Part shown: in pieces, positions 11,996 through 24,478 of the stretch
Layout: each line of letters begins with the position of its first letter
Numbering within the stretch: position 1 is the stretch's first letter
Source of the DNA: Takakia lepidozioides
Taxonomy: Eukaryota; Plantae; Bryophyta
Assembly: GCA_030704615.1 (NCBI GenBank)
Contig: CM060732.1
Span: forward strand, 7,316,001 to 7,380,000
Reading direction: 5' to 3'
DNA length: 64,000 bases
The notes under the pieces: generated by a model
What the model was told of the DNA's origin: nothing
Seen by the model: only the letters and a program-made list of their open reading frames with translations
Databases searched by the model: none
Made by a program: the position numbers and the translations under genes

Positions 11996-13071
11996 GCAGA
12001 GAAGGAATGTCCTGGAGGTTTTGCTCCTCCGCAAGCTCAGCAGGTTCTGATCGTCGCCAAGTCGTACCACGTTGTCGTCCTCTCCTTCTGTCAGCTCAAT
12101 GGGCCGCCCTTCTGCAGATCCAACTCCCACATCTCCAGCGGCCTCCACCGCATCGTGTTTTTTGAAATTGACTGCAAACCCAAATCTCTGCTTCCAGTCT
12201 CCCTAGGGGTTTTATGGCGAAGCCATGGGCTCCTTCTGCTTCCTCGACTTCCGAACTCTAGTGGGCTTTTCTGAGGCGATATCTGAGGTGTTGAATGAGG
12301 ACTCGCTGCCTCGATGCACTTCCACCTTGCGAGCGCAGCACCCGGGCAGGAGTATCCAAAGTTGACTGTGTTGCTTCGCCCCCCTGCGATCCCTCCCCAG
12401 CTCCCATGTCAAACAAACAGGAAACATGAGACACTGCACGCAAAAAAAAAGGTGTAAAAAGAATATTGCGTATGGAGTGCTTCACATCCGCAAAGCACGA
12501 ATCTCTCACTGGTGGGCGATCCGAGTCTCCGGATAACGAGGTCTACATTTCATGCATGAGACGGAGCTTAAGTCGTGTCGTCGGCGGTCCCAAAATCCCG
12601 CGTCCTCCTTCTCTTTGCCGGAGTCACCTGACCTTCCACAAACTCTATGCTACCACTATGCCGCATAAGGAGAGGAAACGCAGGAGAATGTCACTGCAGA
12701 AGGGCAAGGAGCGAGAGAGCGAAGCGGTGGAACATGCAACCACTCTACACGAGCAGATGTGTAAGCAGCCACGTCTCCCGAAGCGTTGCCACCGTCCACC
12801 ACTTTCTGCCGTATGGGGATGAAAGAGATTGTGACCCCTGACACGTTCGCACGGATGAAGTCGACTGGAACACGACGCGTGCCAGTTCCAGCCACCAGTA
12901 CAAGATGGTTTATCCGAATTGCGGCACCGAAATACCTTCCGTTCACCGGATGCTGTTCCGGAGCAGCAGCCGACATTGAATGAAATATCCGCACATCATG
13001 AAACCCAACCGCCATGAAAAACCCCTGCCTATGACATTCAACAGTCAGGTCGGTACGTTTCATCAGCGGAC

Positions 13072-14610
13072 GGATGAATTTCGGCGCCGAAATTCATCCT
13101 ATTCAAGTGCTTTCGTACACAAACTTACAAATTCGGCGCCGCAATTCATCGCTTCCAAGTCCTCATTCGTCATGAGCAAACCTGTCAGTGGATATCGGAG
13201 CCGGAATTAATTCCGAAACAGTGGAAACGGCTGCACTTGGGCACATTTCATCCATATTTCGGCGCCGAAATTCATTACGAATATCTCCGTCCACGCGTAG
13301 ACGAGGTGAATCATCCATATTTCGGCGCCGAAATTCATCCAGAGCGAAGACTAAATCGGCACCATGCTATGCTTTGCCGCCATCATTGCCCCTGACGGAT
13401 GCTGTCCATGCCTGTTGGACTTGCCATTTCTGGACATTTAACTATAATTTCGGCGCCGAAATTATACTTTATGTGCGGCAACGTCCCGTGCGAAAAAGAC
13501 CACTTAATGGATACTGTCGGTTTCAAATGAAAAAACGGCGTCTAAAATACAATAATTTGACAGAATGGGTTCAATATGCCGATTTCTCCATTAAATGCAG
13601 AATAGTCCTGTTATTCGTCGGAACGGGGTATTTCCAACGATTTACAGAAAATTATATCATCCAAAAGCAAATAGTAAGCGTCCGGTTTGGACGAATTTCG
13701 GCGCCGAAATTCATCCGTCACATAGAAAATGTAATATTAGAGTTACTCTTGCGGACAATAAGGAAGAATTTCGGCGCCGAAATTCATCCATTTCAAAGAA
13801 AAATAAATATTGGAGGGAGGGCATTGGATGAATTTCGGCGCCGAAATCCGGCGCTCAAACCCTGAAAAGAATTTGGAGGGATGGAGTCGGTTGAATTTCG
13901 GCGCCGAAATTCATTGCTCGCGAAGAAAAAAACAAAAAATCGGGAGGACTTTGGATGAATTTCGGCGCCGAAATTCATTGCAGCGAAGAAAAAAAAAATT
14001 TTTCGGGAGGACTTCGGATGAATTTTGGCGCCGAAATTCATTGCTCGCGGAGAAAAAAATAAATTCGGGGGACTTCGGATGAATTTCGGCGCCGAAATTC
14101 ATGTCGCGAAGAAAGAAGCGAGAAAAGGAAAATTAGAAAGGAGGACTTGGATGAGATTCGGCGCCGAAGTTCATCTGTCGCAAAGAAAAAAAAAAAACAA
14201 AAAAAAAAAACTCCAGATGAATTTCGGCACCGAAACCATCCGCAGGGGCAGCAGAATTAGGTCGGAAAAGGAGATGAAGAATGAATTCGGCGCCGAAATA
14301 CATCCATTCTGCCGATTCAGGATTACTGTCATTCGGATGTCGGCACCGATATCCGGACACGTGGTGAATCACGACTGTAATCAGGAACACATTCATCTGT
14401 ATTTTGGCATCCAAATTCAACCTAATGTGCAGAAACATTTTTTGAGAAGAGATGTCATCCGAATTCGGCACCGAAAATCCATCCGTTGGATGCTTGGTCA
14501 GTTTCATGAGGTGAACAAATTACTATTTCTATCGCCGGAATTCATCCCTTGGCTTCCAAAGTTGTTACATGACAGAGATGTTCATCCAGATTTCGGTGCC
14601 GAAATTCATG
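13072..14610. repeat. Array of GATGAATTTCGGCGCCGAAATTCATC palindromes, about 63-bp period
   Basis: Perfect 28-bp palindrome at 13072-13099 and about 20 full or degenerate copies. Confidence 0.95.
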
Positions 14611-15002
14611 GGAAGGCCTGATTTATTGTAGCCCAAGTGGTTGTACATTACAATGCAGGCACCAAATATCCGATGTGAACTTGCTGTTGTCGTCCGTTTT
14701 TGTAACGTACGTTACATAACTTCATCTTTACGTGCACTGATCACCCATCCTGTTGGATACGGAATCCTCCAGAAAATCATTTGTGTTATTAGGTAGGACA
14801 CACTCTTCTCAATCGCAGGACTTCGCTGCGGAACGTACCGAGAGGTCCGTCTTCAACATGGACTCCCGTGTTTGGGTGTAAAGTGTACTTCCATCCTGAT
14901 TCTCTGAAAGCTAAAATACGTTCCACGAAATCCAATTCCCAGTCGTCATCTCCTCCCACGAGAAGCTCTTCGCCCCGCATTACCGGTGGGTGACCCCGCA
15001 GC

Positions 15003-15420
15003 TTGGCCCACCCATCGGTGGGGGGGAAACTGAAAAGACGGCGGCCACCAACAAAGGCGAACGACACCAGGATGGCCAACGCTCTTGCAATGCCCTGCAT
15101 AGTGCAAGGTTGCAGGGATGTTCCTCACCCGGGATGGGGCGGCACATATTTCAGTTGTCAACAGCCGGGTCTGCTGCTGCGCGCAGTGTCGTGTATACAA
15201 TCACGGTTTCACAGTACCCAGCTTGCAAACGTGAGGGACTTCCTTGTTATGGAATCGAAGAATGCAGCATACGTCCCCTGCAAACACCTTTATACATTTT
15301 TCTGAAGCGCATGAGTTGCATATCGCAGTGGACGTCTTCATCCATGCTCCAACATGAGTTTCAACGAGTTTGCCACAAGGCCCCTACGGCGGACACTGGT
15401 CGGACTGCTTGACATTCTCA
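15003..15420 (+). pseudogene. SWIM zinc-finger C-terminus of transposase (copy 1 remnant)
   Basis: KRRRPPTKANDTRMANALAM...VYTITV...PCKHLY is homologous to 39301-39804. Frameshifted. Confidence 0.75.
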
Positions 15421-16252
15421 CATTCGGGAAGGAGAAAGTGGCAATTATATACATTCATCTTCTTGCACCCTATTTTTTTGGAGGAATTATACACTTGGTG
15501 GTGCCGCATCGCCATGGCTACAGTGAATTTTGGTGTGCCGCATACATGAGAAGTGGTTTTTTTGGCCATGATGGCATGCGCATGCTTTTGTTATTTTGGT
15601 TGTCTACAAATGGATCCGAGTACAAGCATACATTGTGTGGAGATTAACGGGTTGAGGCCTATTTCAGCGTCCGTTTATGGTCTATGTACTGCATAGTGCT
15701 TCCTGTTACTGCTCTTCATTCACTTTGTAGTGATTTCGCAGCCCATCCTGGCGTTTTCGTCCACCTCTATGAGAAGACTCCAATTTGCTACAAATACATT
15801 GTTACTGTTCTGCAAATGTGATGTCTTTACAAGATTGCTAGTTCTGTGTCCCAGTGGGAAGGGTCCTACTGCACATTCCAGCATTTGCATACTGCACTTT
15901 GCAACAGCAATCCATACGACAAAGGACACGTCCCAGATACGGGCAGTGAATTGCAAAAAAACCTTAACAGAAGATATCCAAGCATGTATATTCCCCATAT
16001 GGCACAGGGAAGCTGCTTGATTTCTGAATGAAAATGTATGGCCATGAGTGTCGGCGAGTCGAACATGTCTACTCTAGCATGCAAGACTATAGGTCCCCTC
16101 GCCCAAGAAGAAGGAACTCTAACTGGCTCCTCAAGGGACCTCCTGAGTGACCGGGTGCCTATATTTGAACAAAATGTCAGTGGTTCTGTCGCCCGTTGAA
16201 ACTAACGAGGAGTGTCAGTGTTTATCGATGCGCCCCTTGGTAGAAGGACTTT

Positions 16253-16684
16253 TCACAGTGGCCCTGTGTTCCCCTCCTCCTCATCCTCATAACTGAAGAG
16301 AATGTCCCCACTTTCCGAGCCAGTCCGTCCACGCGTAAAGTTTTCACCTATGCACTCATCATACGTCCACTCGCAACAATTCCAGCGATACAGCAACGCT
16401 GTGCGTGATCTGTTCGGCTCCCACTCATGCGGAAAGTCCAGGTCCATGATGCGTAGGAACCACCTGCTCCCCAGCCGGGGTCCAGGAGAATCGTGCAATC
16501 CTGGAAGAAACTCCATTGCTCTCAGCTGGACAAGTCGAGGATCGTCCCTATAAACATCCAGGAAAACAATGATGTCGTCTGCTTTCGGGAAAATGACTCC
16601 CGTCTGGCGTCGATAGATGTGATTCGGGCACGACATGGCCTCACGACATAGCACGAACTCAAAGCAGGGAGGAGATGGGCACAA
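16253..16684 (-). CDS. Hypothetical transposon cargo protein, 'RWNCCxWT' family
   Basis: DIIVF...LRAMEF...WFLRIMDLDFP...RSRTALLYRWNCCEWT...GDI is shared with 23852-24556 and 24838-25551. Confidence 0.65.
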   Translation of the reverse strand: MCPSPPCFEFVLCREAMSCPNHIYRRQTGVIFPKADDIIVFLDVYRDDPRLVQLRAMEFLPGLHDSPGPRLGSRWFLRIMDLDFPHEWEPNRSRTALLYRWNCCEWTYDECIGENFTRGRTGSESGDILFSYEDEEEGNTGPL

Positions 16685-16759
16685 CAGAGAAGAGTGAAGA
16701 GCAAAATGAGAGCAAGGCCTCCCTTACCGTAAGGCGGGTATTTGCTCTCCGGAGCCCAA

Positions 16760-17225
16760 TTTTGGCGCCGTTATTGGATGGAGTGCGGAAGCTTCAGCCG
16801 AGAATTTTGTTTCCGCAGGTCAATTTCGGCGCCGTTATTGGTTGCAATCCCTAGCCTTCAGCCGGGTATTTGGTTTCCGGACCCAATTTCGGCGCCGTTA
16901 TCGGCTGCACTCCGGTGGCTTCAACCGAGTATTTGATTTTCGGGCCCATTTCGGCGCCGTTATCGCCTGCACTCCGGAGGATGCAGCCGGGTATTTGGTT
17001 GGCGGAGCCCAATTACTTTCACCGTTGTTGGCTTCACTCCCGAGCCTTCAGCCGGCTATTTCTTTTCCTGTGCCCAATTACGGCGCCGTTATACCCAACC
17101 ATCATGCACTTCTGCAACAGTACTATCCACGGTTATAGGTCGCCATTGCGTTTTCGGAGTCTGCAAACCCGGATCCTAATTCCGCTTGCGTCTCTGCCTC
17201 TGGGATAATTTCGGTGCCGTTATTG
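16760..17225. repeat. Subterminal GGCGCC-core repeat array (copy 1)
   Basis: caatttcggcgccgtt units at about 16763, 16827, 16890, 16952, 17081 and 17212. Confidence 0.85.
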
Positions 17226-19971
17226 CCCAGAATTCAGTTTTTCTATGACCTGGCCTAGCGGTCCATGAGCCTGGGCTCCAAGTCATGAGCGTACACTGGT
17301 ACTCATGAGCGGAGTGCTTCCAGCATGAGCGCGGAAATCTTCGATTTTTGATTATTTTATAGTTTTGGGCCCGAAAAAAATCTGCCGAAATTCGAAGTGT
17401 GTTACTTTGCGGCTCATGGGTGAGCCATGCCCGCTCATGAGCTCATGGAATAGCAACCCCCGGAGTGTGGCAGCGAGGTGTAGTAGGTGAAGATGCAGAT
17501 TGGGGGTGGGATACACCTGGTGTGGTGGCAAAGGAAGATGGTGGGTAGTGGGGGGGTTGGAACCCTGGGAGGGGCGTGGTAGCGTTAAGTGTAGCTGTCA
17601 AGATGTTGGCAGAGAGAAACGGGAATTTGTTGATGGTAGTGGGGATGTCTGGGACAGAGGTGGGTGCAAACGCTAGATGATCACCAAGCATTTTGTGTAT
17701 AACTCCGGGATGTGACTGTAACAGGTTTAGGGACGCATGGAGATCAGTCAAGCAATGTGGTGGGGCTAAGTAGTTGCTGGTATGTGTGGGTAGGTCTTGT
17801 AAGTGATGTATTAGGGAAATGAGTTGGAATCTGGTTGGGACGTAAGGTAGTCATTACATTCTTGGGGCAAAGGGGAGATGAGGACAATAAGGGAGAAGAG
17901 GAGGTGGTATGGTGGAAAGGCTTGAAGTTTGTGGGAGGTGTGGGGAAGAGCAGGGTATGGGCAGGCTGGGAGGCCAAAGGTGGAAATGTAGTGGGGGACA
18001 GTCTGTAGGTGAGTGGAGGGGATGGGTAGTGATTTGGGGAGGTAGGGGGCGAAGTGGGTAGCAAGATGTTTGTATTGGTGTATAAAGGATAGGGTGTCCG
18101 GCTGGAAGTATAGTGCATAGCAATCTTGTGCATCAACGGGGAGTTGAGTCGTGATGGTGGAAATAGTGAGTGACCCGGGGTTAGGGTGGATATCCCCACA
18201 TCGGAGCAGTGTAAGTGTGATACATAAGTTGAGGTATAAGGTTTTCATGTGAAGGGGGGTGATGGAGGCTGTGTTTGGATTTTAGGGGTGGTAGAGAGAG
18301 CGCCCGTTTGGGCTGTGAGTAATGAGAGGGTATTTTCTGGGTAGTTCAGAGGGTAATTTATGAGGGTAGGTTGGATTGATGTACGGTGAAGTTAAGGGGC
18401 TATGGTTGTTAGAAGCTAGGGTGGGGCTGGTGTGTCGGGCGCAGGGGGGGGGAGATGTATAGTGGGTAGGGGAAATAGGTTGGGCCTAGTATCTTGTCAG
18501 TGATGAGAGTTATATATGACAGTTGGGATGATGTATAAGTATGCTGAGTGATGACATAGTAATTTGGTGGGGAGATTATTGGGAAAATTTGGAGCGGTTG
18601 GCGGGTTGATTGAGCGGAGACAGGGGTGTCGGTAATATGGGCATAGGGTAGCACAAGTGTCCATGTGTATAGAGGTGCGGTGAGTTTATATTTGGGGTGG
18701 TTCCAATGATAAGGCTGTGACCAGTTGGGGCTTAGTGATAAGGTTGTGGCCTTCCCACCGTGGGTGTGGTAGGGAATAGTGAGGGGTGGGATAAGTCTCG
18801 TGGGATGGTGAGGAGGGTATTGCAAATCTGGTGCAGTATCAGGGGCTGTATAGTAGATGTTTGAGAAAAAGTATGGTATGAAGTGCGTGATATATAAATA
18901 GGCTGGCGGGGTTGAGGGGCGGATGCTATGGGGAAGATTATTAAGGTGGGTGCGGTACTTGAGGGTTGAGGGTGTGACAACGCACCGGGTATAAGTGGAG
19001 GTAACATGGGGCTAGGGACTGGGGGAAGTGTGGGAGTGTAGTTGGTATGCCTTATGGGGGTAGGTGTGAATGGAAGCACACTGATATAAGTGGGGGGTTT
19101 ATTCAGGGCGTGGCTAAGGGTATAGGTTAGGATGGATTGATGATGGGGTAGACTATTGAGTGTTGGATGAGAATCAAGATTTATATAGAGGACGTATATT
19201 ATAAGCTGGGTGGGATCAGACTGGATCCTACATAATCTTCTTGACAACACACCATCCCCTCTTCACTCAGCCCTAATCTTCTACAGATTTACCATCACTT
19301 CCCATCACTACTGCCCCACCCACACAAGTCCACAAACACGCATCATGAATGGTCATATAAACACCCTTCATCAATGCTCTGGCTGCATCAGGCTCCCCAC
19401 AATTAGCTGCCCCCCCACTTGGTATAACTTGGCCAAGACAAAATCTGCCCCTGCCCCCCTTCACGCTGCTTCTCACTGGACAACATGCTACCATATTTAT
19501 GATTCCCACGGCCAGCCCTCTCACCAGACCATCGCCTCCACTGCTGCCAGTATGACAACCATGCCTTACACTATCCCCATACTTGGTCACCATGCCTTTT
19601 GCCAGCTCCTAAGTAAATTTGCAGCCAAAATTAATCCCCGGGCTCTCCCCCCCATCCCTGAATTGATCGCTCATGACAACCCCAAGCCGCCAACGCTTTA
19701 CTCCAAGCCAGCAAATCCGCCAACTTGCCTTCAGACCCCAAACACTAGCCTCCTCCATCAGTCTCGCACTTGCGGCTGGCTCTCTTGGGCTTCACATCTA
19801 TCGCCTCTGCTCTCTGCTCCCCCCTCTGCCCCCCTCTCATATCTCTGGGCTGTCTCTCAGGGTACTTTAGCCTCACTCGTAACAGCCCATTATTGCCGTA
19901 TTTCTCCACTTCCTGCACCCATGACCTCTCTCCCAATTCTCTCTATATCCCCCAAGGCCAGACCCAAAAAC

Positions 19972-21232
19972 ATGGCATCCAAGAAGAAACTGTTTGTGGC
20001 GAATTCAGGTACACCCATCGATTCGACTTGTTCGCCTACTCCTGGCACGCACTCCACCATCGCAGCAGTCCACAGTTCTTCCCCAGCACCACCCAAGCCA
20101 CCTAGCACCAATTCCTCAAGTCAGCTTCAACACAGCGATCACCATATGTCAGATGTCTCGGACGCGCTACTGGAGGCTCACACCTGTTCCCAAATCAAGG
20201 CAACTCCTACATCATCAAGCCAACGCCCCAAGCGTCCCTTGCAGGAGGTCAGTGCAGGCACTCCAGCTCCCTCGGACTCGAAAAAATCTCGTAATTAGCA
20301 CAGCGAAGAGCACGAGCAGCAGCAAATGGAAGTCACCAGCCAAAAAAAGGCCTTACACCTGTGGTATGGGTATCAGAACATGGAAATGTATGCTTACGAG
20401 AACAACGCCCCACGGATCACCGAGCCCCGCACTATGGAGCAGCTGCTTCTCTTGGGCATCCCCCCCTCCGAGTGTGAGGAACACAATCATTGCAAAAAAG
20501 CCTTTCCACGAGTACCTCAGAGATTGTACCCATCCACCCGGCCTGATGGTATCGACGGTCAGTTTCTTCATCTCACGCAGCTACCCACAGGTACAATCAT
20601 CAACAAGGATACTGGTCTCCCTGCTAACCCCTACCATATCATGATTCGTTTTGATTCCAATGTCAAATTGCATAAGGACGTGATTCATGCCAGGGCGACC
20701 CAACGCTTCCGTGATATGAACATCCCACTTGGTAAGCTCCTCTTCGAACCAATCTCGGTTTACTCTAAGCCTACTACACAGGTTTGGTCAGGGTTCATTA
20801 AGGTTGAGCTGCTACACCCCGAGGTGGATGGGCTGGCTCTGCTCCGCGGCGACATGCCTTTCATCCTCGAGATGGAGCCTGAGGTCATGCTACAAAGGAA
20901 AGTTGAAAAAGCATACGACCTGCTTGCAACATCCAAGCGGCTTTCCCTCTACTTTACCGACGACATCCTGCAAGGAACGGTGGGTACCCAGCTCGCAATG
21001 CACTTTATCATAGAGACTTTCGACCACGGCGACAACTTTGAAATCCTACACGTCTACAAGCCCAACCCCAAAACTAAATTTGGCTTCATCAATCTGGCAA
21101 TAGAGGACACGCGCACTCGGATCATGGACTTGGGAGTCAGGATTGATAACGTCCTCATTAAGCCCGAGGTGCGTATCCAAAAGAAAAGCAGGTCCGGGGC
21201 AAAGATATCAGACCAAGAAGCCATAGCAATAT
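19972..21232 (+). pseudogene. Plus-strand ORF1/gag-like protein fragment of unknown retroelement
   Basis: The MASKKK... frame continues through a single TAG (20296) into the globular ORF 20326-21333. Strand composition flips back at about 21235. The ORF1 identity is inferred. Confidence 0.45.
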
Positions 21233-21997
21233 GGATCTGGACGAGTGGTAGGGAGAAGTCCAGATTGTGTTGCGTGCACCTTGTGGGGATTGTTTATAGT
21301 AAGGGTGGTAAGTTAGTGTGGTTAGTACAATAGAGGGTTGGTATTGCCCTGGGTGTGAGTATGGAGGTTTGGGGATTGGGTGTTTGTTAATGTATGAAGG
21401 ATAGGTGGGGGTGGGTAGGGGTAAGTGTAGGTATTTGTGTGGAGTGGTATGAGGGAGTGGGCTGGGGACATGGGGAACCAGGTCCGTGGGATATGTGGGC
21501 ATAAAGGTGCATATCGAGTAAACATAGTGACGATGTGAGTAGTCGAAGTGATAATGCGCCGGGGGTGTGATGATGCTAAGATCTGGTTGTGCGTGGATTT
21601 TGGAGTATTGGTGGGCAGATGTGGGGTAACATATACTTGTGGCAGTTGGAGAAATAGAAGGGAGGTGAAGGGATGGAATGGCAAATATAGTGTCTGGACC
21701 AGAGCTGTGGATGTAGGACCATTCAAAGTATGGGGAAACCCAGTCAAGTATAGTGGTGTGGGGGGCGCCAGCCTGACCAATAGTCTGATTGGCATAACAA
21801 GCAAGCTGTAGAGTAGTGGGGGCCTCACAGAGTACTGAGTGTGGCTTGTACCCCACTGACTTCTGACTAGGTATTGGCCAAGTTTCAAAGCAAACAAAAA
21901 TCATTTGCATGGGCAACCATCCGTTGGCCATTGAACGGTTGCACTCTGCGAGTACGTTGGTCTCAACTTTTGCTCACGCATGCTGACTGCCCTGCAG

Positions 21998-23545
21998 GTA
22001 TATGAAATACGTGCTTCTTCAGACAGGGGCCCTAGCTCAAGAGCCCCCGTTCTTCATGGCTTGGACCGTGGCGGGCCCAAGCTGTGTCTACACACCCGAG
22101 ATGCAGAAACAATGGCATGCCGCGCATCTCGTTGGATGCCCGTGGTACCTGGACATGTCTGGCGGAATTGTTGACGAGTCTGAGAAAGATCTGCACGCGA
22201 AAGCAGAAGAGAAGAGAAAGGAAAGACGTGTCCCTGCTCGGCCAGAGTCAGCAAAGGAAGCTGCTGCTCTGGAACAATCCAGAAAGGCAGCTGAGATGGC
22301 ACAGAAGACGGTGGATGCAGCTGTGCAGGCTCAACAGAAGGGGTCGAAGAAGCGGACTCGCCAGCAAGGAGCAGCAGTTGTGACACCCAAGAAAACGAAG
22401 AAGCAAAAACAGATAGTGCAGGAAGAGGGTGAGGAAGAGGACTCCGATGGAGACTTTGCAACCAGCCCACCCCCCGAAACGCAGCCGAAATCCCATGTGC
22501 CCACCGTTGTCACGAGAGGGACGAGAACTGGCTCGGCAAAGAAGGCACTCTTCAACCCCCCGGGGGGGCACCCTTTCGAGCCGGTGGAAATGAAGAGGCC
22601 GAAAGCCATGAAGACCATGGAGGGTTTGAATTGCAGAGCACTGAAGAAGGCGGCTACCGAAGAGCCTTCTGACACCCCTGGGTTTTTGAAGATGGTCTCA
22701 TTCTTTGAGAGGGTGTGTGCAGACAAGGATTGCAGGAGGGGCGGAAATGCCACCGAGTGGTCTTGCGATATGATCATCTTGGATATTCCGGATGGAGAGC
22801 CTGTGGAAGGACTGCAAGCTTTGCCATCTTGGAACAGGTACTCCGAGGACTTTTGGAAGAAAGGATTCGGGCTCGCCCGCATGGTGTTGGACGACAGAGG
22901 TTGTGTGGTTGTCCTGGCGAGCAGAGGCAAAAACACGCAGACAGGAATTGCGAAGTGGACCTGCAAGAGCGCCGTCCCAATTCTGAAGAAGAAGTGGACG
23001 TGCATCAACACATTGGGCCTTCGGTCGGAAGGGAAGAAGGTAATTACGACATTGGCACTCGTCCTTTTATTTTCTTAGGAGTTTTGAAATGCAGTGCCGC
23101 ATTCGATTTCTAATCGTTCCCCACTGTGTATACAAACAAAGCAGTTCGATGCATACTGCTTTGTGAAGGAGAACTCTACCTTTGCTTTCCGGAAGGAGGG
23201 ATTGTTGGTTGACCCGAACTGCGACCCCATCGATTACGACGTCCTGTTCAACAACGTTCCCACGGAACTTCTCCCTCATAGCCTCACTTCAACTAAACCC
23301 CTGCGGTATTCACGGACTCGGAGCCCTGCCTTCATTCAGACAATTATGGAGACATGCACTGACGTGGAGGGCACAGTGCTCGACCTCATCTGTGGGACAG
23401 GTATGCAGAATCTTGTTCTATGCTATTCTGCAAATTCTCGTTATGCTTTAATTCGCAACATCTGAAGGGCCAATGTCATAATGTGTGGATGGCATTGTAA
23501 CAGGTGCCTCAATGTGGGCTGGGCGGTTTTCCGACCATTACGACG
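21998..23545 (+). CDS. Beta-class N4C/N6A DNA methyltransferase-like protein, spliced, partial (copy 2)
   Basis: DMIILDIPDG (motif IV-like) precedes RSPAFIQTIMETC...VLDLICGTG|ASMWAGR (motifs X/I). GT-AG introns at about 23041-23135 and 23401-23503. Confidence 0.75.
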
Positions 23546-23851
23546 ACAACGGAGGAAAGGGAGCTGCCAGAAATCGCTGCATAGAGAAAAATGAAATGCG
23601 GTGCCGAATTTCCGAGCTTCGGCGTGTACATGTTTCCTTTTACTCATATATGGATTTCCTTCACCTCAGGACTCTGATATCGCTGACTCTGGTGACTCTG
23701 GTATATTCATATGGACAGACACATTGTAGAAATGAGACCACAAATTGTAAATAGTGGGCCAATTACGGCAGTTCTTGAACACGGTGAAACACAAGCACAC
23801 AGAAGTGAGGTACGATGGTTTGTTTTATTGATCGAACACGGTGTCTCACAT

Positions 23852-24478
23852 TTAGCAACTCCAGACAAATCTAAGCCCTTTTTTCCTTCTATATGGGCGT
23901 TTCCAAGTCGACGGAACTTCGATAGCCCTCAAAACAAGCTCATTACTGATGCGGCACCTCGAGGTAAACTGCAATGCGGTCGATCTGGTGCCCTTGGTGG
24001 AGCTGACGACAATGTCATGCCCATCAATCATACCACCATCATACATTGACAAGGTCACTGTGGGCCTCATGTGCCCGTGCGATTCGTCTTCGCAACTCAG
24101 CCGAATGTCTCCATACACTGGAAGAGCGGAGTGAACTCCACGAATATAGTTTTCCCTGGCGCCGTCCTCCCTGGTCCACTGGCAGCAGTTCCAGCGCCAA
24201 AGTGAGGCCGTGCGTGATCTGTCCGGCATCCCATTCCACCTTGGTATATCGAGGTCAACAATTTTCAGGACCCATGGACCGCATTGACCCTCGCCCTCAC
24301 CTCGCTCAAAGCGGTAATAGCCCTCCAAATACTCCATTGCGCGCAAAGACTCCCGCTTGATTCCAGAAGCGTCTGTGAAAACAGAGAGCCAGACAATGAT
24401 GTCTCCTGATTCTGGTTTGAACATAGCATAATCGTGGCCATGATAAGGGCAGTCAGCAGGATTTCGACGGCACGGCAT
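23852..24478 (-). CDS. Hypothetical cargo protein, 'RWNCCxWT' family
   Basis: Open frame; aligns over its full length with 24988-25551. Confidence 0.75.
   Translation of the reverse strand: MPCRRNPADCPYHGHDYAMFKPESGDIIVWLSVFTDASGIKRESLRAMEYLEGYYRFERGEGEGQCGPWVLKIVDLDIPRWNGMPDRSRTASLWRWNCCQWTREDGARENYIRGVHSALPVYGDIRLSCEDESHGHMRPTVTLSMYDGGMIDGHDIVVSSTKGTRSTALQFTSRCRISNELVLRAIEVPSTWKRPYRRKKGLRFVWSC

Larger units (their letters stand above)
10069..17461. mobile_element. MULE-like DNA transposon copy 1 (diverged, internally deleted, 7.4 kb)
   Basis: Termini GAGGTTTACTATTTCATGAGC...GCTCATGGAATAGCAACCCCC. 9-bp TSD GGAGTGTGG at 10060-10068 and 17462-17470. Inserted in the LINE just upstream of the APE domain. 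Confidence 0.9.
3887..21885 (-). mobile_element. Dualen/RandI-like non-LTR retrotransposon (decayed; interrupted by MULE copy 1 and a plus-strand segment; 3' end cut by LTR A)
   Basis: Collinear minus-strand APE, RT, chromodomain, MTase-like, RNase H, CCHC knuckle and RHN...PD (RLE) motifs with uniform strand-biased composition. The 5' boundary is approximate. Confidence 0.75.

Noticed and set aside
13072-14610. CRISPR array (28-bp palindromic repeat with about 35-bp spacers)
   Set aside because: Adjacent spacers at 13910-14150 are related to each other, repeats are degenerate and dispersed through the element, there are no cas genes, and the context is an intron-containing eukaryotic TE.
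13188-14621. ORFs rich in NFGAEI / EFRRRN / KWRRIS, also at 36815-37378, 43053-44741 and 56479-57176
   Set aside because: These are translations of the palindromic repeats on both strands, not proteins.
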